Shown here one piece after another: positions 60,801-64,000 of a stretch of DNA of 64,000 bases; the first letter of the stretch is position 1; the number at the start of each line of letters is the position of its first letter. The DNA is taken from assembly GCA_951406725.2 (NCBI GenBank), contig OX597837.1, positions 25,110,001-25,174,000 of the forward strand, in the 5' to 3' direction. The DNA comes from Octopus vulgaris. Lineage: Eukaryota. A model generated the notes under the pieces. The model worked only from the letters and a program-made list of their open reading frames with translations, had not been told where the DNA came from and did not search any database. The translations under genes were made by a program, and so were the position numbers.

Positions 60801-62426
60801 CAAAATCATGAAAATCAATAAAAGAATGTACCTTTACAAGTTTAGTATCCATGTATTTTCCACTCGGTATAGAGTCCATATATTTCTTCAGATCCATTGA
60901 CAAATATTCAAAGACAAGATATAATTTTCCTTCTTGCATCAAGACATCCTCTAAACTGAAAATAAATTATTTTAATAATTCACAAATGATTTAAATTGTA
61001 GACAATTGTAAAGAAAGAATAATTCAAGCAAAGTTAGAATTAGTGGTATATCATTTGGTTGTCAACAGCCATTGGAAAAATTTGTTAATGGCAATAAAAA
61101 TGAACTTTATGTCTGTTAAAACTCTTTGGAACCTATACTCCTTAGCAGGATTTTTCAAAAATAGTCAGAAAGAACAAAAAAAAAGTTTTAATGACTTAAA
61201 TCATTGAATAATTAGGAGTAAAAATGTTTTTCTCAAAACTGAAAAATGGTTCATAAAAGCATAAGATTTGAAGATTCAAGTTGTTAACAAAAAAAAAAAA
61301 AAAATTCCTAAAAGGCATTAATAAATAGCCACCAGAAGTCCAGCTAGATCCATTACTGATACTTCAATGCATTGTTGGCATTCTGTTATTTACAATGATG
61401 AGGGTTCCAGTTGATCAGATAAAGAAATTAATGTGCAAGTGGCTGAATACTCCACTGATATGTGTACCCTTAATGTAGTTCTCAGGGAAATTCAGTGTGA
61501 CAAAATATGACAACACTGGCCCTTTGAAATACAGGTAGATCTCATTTTTGCCAGCTGAGTGGACTAGAGCAGTACTCTGCAACCGTATGCTATGGCACAC
61601 TTGTGCCACGAGACGATGCTAGGTATGCCGCAGTGTAATCTAAGTAGAATTTTTTCCCCTATACTTTTGGTTATATTACTAGTTCAGGTGTACCGCTGAA
61701 TTTTGAAAAGAATATAAGTGTACAGCAAGTGAGAAAAGGTTGTGGAGCACTGAACTAGAGCAATGTGAAATAAGTGTCTTACTCAAGGACATAATGTACT
61801 GCTGGGACTCGAACTCCTGACCTTGCAATTATGAACCAAATAGGCGCAGGAGTGGCTGTGTGGTAAGTAGCTTGTTTACCAACCACATGGTTCCGCGTTC
61901 AGCCGACCAAAGCCTTGTGAGTGGATTTGGTAGACGGAAACTGAAAGAAACCCGTCGAATATATGTATGTATGTACATATATATATATATGTATGTGTGT
62001 GTGTTAGTCTCCCTAGCATTGCTTGACAACCGATGCTGGTGTGTTTATGTCCCCGTTACTTAGCGGTCCGGCAAAAGAGACCGATAGAATAAGTACTGGG
62101 CTTACAAAAGAATAAGTCCCGGGGTCAAGTTGCTTGATTAAAGGCGGTGCTCCAGCATGGCCGCAGTCAAATGACTGAAACAAGTAAAAGAGAGAGTAAA
62201 TACCCTAACCATCAAGCCATGTGCCTTCAATGCATGCTCCCTATAACTCAACCCAACTAAAATGCTCACCTAACAATATTGTCATGCACCATTTCTCTCA
62301 AAAAGGAGATTTCTCTGATAGCTGTTGATGGTATTCCTTCTTCTTCGCTCTCTAACCGAATTTTCTTCAATGCAACAATCCGATTTGTTCTTTTATGGCG
62401 CCCTTTATACACAACGCCATAGGTGC
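51757..62426 (-). CDS. CDK1: Cyclin-dependent kinase 1; gene span of 6 visible coding exons, first coding exon outside window
   Basis: [40 protein letters not shown] and GDSEIDQ motifs. Exon sizes 157/124/171/164/151/99 match the recalled vertebrate CDK1 pattern (157/124/171/164/142/99), not CDK2. Confidence 0.95.
52461..52855. mobile_element. Related AT-rich inverted-repeat (Penelope-like) remnant in (TA)n
   Basis: Foldback arms about 52461-52594 and 52601-52757; right end shares the ...ccctgtaagttt..ttccct..ataattatt terminus with the 52868 and 7830 elements. Confidence 0.55.
52868..53235. mobile_element. Penelope-like pLTR remnant with inverted duplication, in (TA)n
   Basis: Arms of about 115 bp (52952-53066 and 53117-53232) around the hammerhead; TA microsatellites on both sides. 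Confidence 0.65.
53079..53130 (+). ncRNA. Minimal type I hammerhead ribozyme motif (Penelope-like)
   Basis: AACCAC-CTGAAGA-a-TGTC-loop-GACA-c-GAAA-CGATCG-TA^-GTGGTT: 6-bp stem I, intact core, palindromic stem III, GUA triplet. Confidence 0.8.
53498..53648 (-). CDS. CDK1: CDK1 exon ([13 protein letters not shown]...AGLDLLQ)
   Basis: tgcag / CAG|GTTAGT, 151 nt. Confidence 0.93.
53690..54090 (+). mobile_element. Older SINE family A copy
   Basis: Diverged full-length copy. Confidence 0.8.
54323..54733. mobile_element. Related GG...CC MITE
   Basis: TIR GGATCT.TTC.GTTTGAAC.GCA; imperfect 8-bp TSD CAATATTT/CAATACTC; shares CTTCGTATACTGGTAGAATGTG with the 40786 element. Confidence 0.75.
55059..55475. 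repeat. Diverged tandem duplication (about 190 and 176 bp) in a CDK1 intron
   Basis: 55059-55250 vs 55300-55475; shared blocks such as CACAATAATAACCAGGTTATCAATGAATATTT. Confidence 0.85.
56376..56539 (-). CDS. CDK1: CDK1 exon ([14 protein letters not shown]...[13 protein letters not shown])
   Basis: gttag / CAG|GTAAC, 164 nt. Confidence 0.96.
57560..57790 (-). mobile_element. Old RTE-like LINE 3' fragment
   Basis: [29 protein letters not shown]-like C-terminus. Confidence 0.4.
57996..58166 (-). CDS. CDK1: CDK1 exon (SYLHQILQG...[10 protein letters not shown]...[18 protein letters not shown])
   Basis: tgcag / GTAAGT, 171 nt. Confidence 0.96.
59191..59401 (+). mobile_element. SINE family B copy
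   Basis: Similarity to other copies in the window. Confidence 0.8.
59650..60400 (-). pseudogene. Degenerate CR1/Jockey-group reverse transcriptase fragment
   Basis: [17 protein letters not shown] resembles the RT motif GVPQGSVLGPxLFLIYIND; heavily disrupted; boundaries approximate. Confidence 0.45.
60832..60955 (-). CDS. CDK1: CDK1 exon ([41 protein letters not shown])
   Basis: ttcag / AAG|GTACA, 124 nt. Confidence 0.95.
61842..62197 (+). mobile_element. SINE family A copy nested in a family-D head
   Basis: Short AAATA duplication; internal deletion. Confidence 0.82.
62270..62426 (-). CDS. CDK1: CDK1 exon ([12 protein letters not shown]...[21 protein letters not shown])
   Basis: cacag / AG|GTGAG, 157 nt. 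Confidence 0.95.
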
Positions 62427-63350
62427 CTGTGAGGAGAAAGTAAAAGAAGGGAAAAATTAAAAAAAAGAAAAGGAAAAAAGAGATACTCAAGATAATGGAA
62501 GGAAAACATAAGAAATAAAACTTAAGACTGCAAGCCTGATAGTAACCCCTAGAGTGTGTGAGGGAAGAGACATGGATACCAGAATGGATATCACAGGTTT
62601 TTAATCACTATCACACTTTAAACACCTTAGTCACTTGATCAATTATTCAGCTTGTAGGATAAAGCAAATTTCTCGTTAATTTTCATCAAAGATTCTTTTC
62701 AAAAAAGCATGCATGGATCAGAAGGGACATGATTTAACAATTTTTTCTTGAATAAAAAACAAACAAAATCAACCTAACAACTTGTGTAAATGAGTGTACA
62801 ATATATATATCAAAAAGGTCGTAGACCAAAAAGGACACACAGGCCAGAAGTTTGACCAAATAATATACATGCCTATATTTTGCATGAGAACTCTGCCATT
62901 AAACAGAACCAACTAAAAGTGCTAAAATGGTTTCTAAGGCAAATGTTAATTTAACCCTATGGCAATTAAACCGGCCAAAAGTATTCTGCCTGTTTTATGT
63001 CCAAACTAGCCCTATCTGGTCTCTCACACCAACCCTACAATATCATTTTAAAAATTAACAGTTACCTCATTGAAATCTCATAGCTACAAGATAATTCAAA
63101 ACAATGTGGATAAAAAAGCATTAATTTTGGCAGAATAATGTGAACACTAAAGGGTTAAACTGTTATCAAATTATTTGGAGGTGATGTAACAGACTAACAA
63201 CATACAGAGATGCTGGGGATGGGGTAGCATAAAAGATTAATGATATACTTGGACATGTGGTGGTGGTAGGATTTTATGGTCTAACAACACACCAAGATAT
63301 TTGGAAAGACAGCATAACATGAACTAATAACAGATTGGGATTAATTTATT

Positions 63351-63720
63351 GTGGCTGTGTGGTAAGTAGCTTGTTTACCAACCACATGGTTCCGGGTTCA
63401 GTCCCACTGCGTGGCACCTTGGGCAAGTGTCTTCTACTATAGCCTCGGGCCGACCAAAGCCTTGTGAGTGGATTTGGTAGACGGAAACTGAAAGAAGCCC
63501 GTCGTATATATATGTGTATATATATGTATGTGCATGTATGTTTGTCTCCCTAGCATTGCTTGACAAACGATGCTGGTGTGTTTACGTCCGTCACTTAGCG
63601 GTACGGCAAAAGAGACCGATAGAATAAGTACTGGGCTTACAAAGAATAAGTCCCGGGGTCGAGTTGCTCGATTAAAGGCAGTGCTCCAGTATGGCCGCAG
63701 TCAAAATGACAAACAAGTAT
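63351..63720 (+). mobile_element. SINE family A copy
   Basis: Near full-length. Confidence 0.85.
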
Positions 63721-64000
63721 AAAAAATAAATAAATAAATAAAGAGAAAATACACTGCGTGATGTAACATGTGATATTCTTAGTTGATAATCTTTAATTAA
63801 ATGAAATTATTCATGCAATTAGTTAGAAATTCTAAGGCGCTCAAGATCTAAAACAATGGTATTCAACCATTTTATCTATGGGGCCCCCTTTTAATAGTTA
63901 TTTTACTCCAGCGGACCCTCATAGCTAGTTTATGTTTAAAAAATCCTATTATATTTTTTATCATTAAATATCATTAGGAATTGCATTTTTTAAAAATTGT

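Noticed and set aside
51757-62426. CDK2/CDK3 identity
   Set aside because: Exon sizes and the [12 protein letters not shown] insert region fit CDK1.

Overview
AT-rich, microsatellite- and SINE-dense eukaryotic genomic DNA; the repeat families resemble those of octopus/coleoid cephalopods (inferred, not verified). Two intron-rich genes lie in tandem on the minus strand. CDK1 has 6 coding exons visible (51757-62426) and its first coding exon lies beyond the right edge. A FIRRM/C1orf112 orthologue has 20 phase-consistent coding exons (740 codons) from an ATG at 41856 to 988 and continues off the left edge. The first coding intron of FIRRM has U12 (minor spliceosome) signals. Introns hold tRNA-derived SINEs, LINE 3' ends (RTE, BovB-like, CR1, HERO-like, R4-like), piggyBac/hAT/pogo/Merlin-like MITEs and Helitron-like pieces. 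The most unusual signal is a set of Penelope-type minimal hammerhead ribozyme motifs in inverted-repeat elements. One element joins a tRNA-type Pol III head to a hammerhead as a head-to-head palindrome (31172-31654). Another has an intact catalytic core (53079-53130). All homology calls are from recall; no database search was run.
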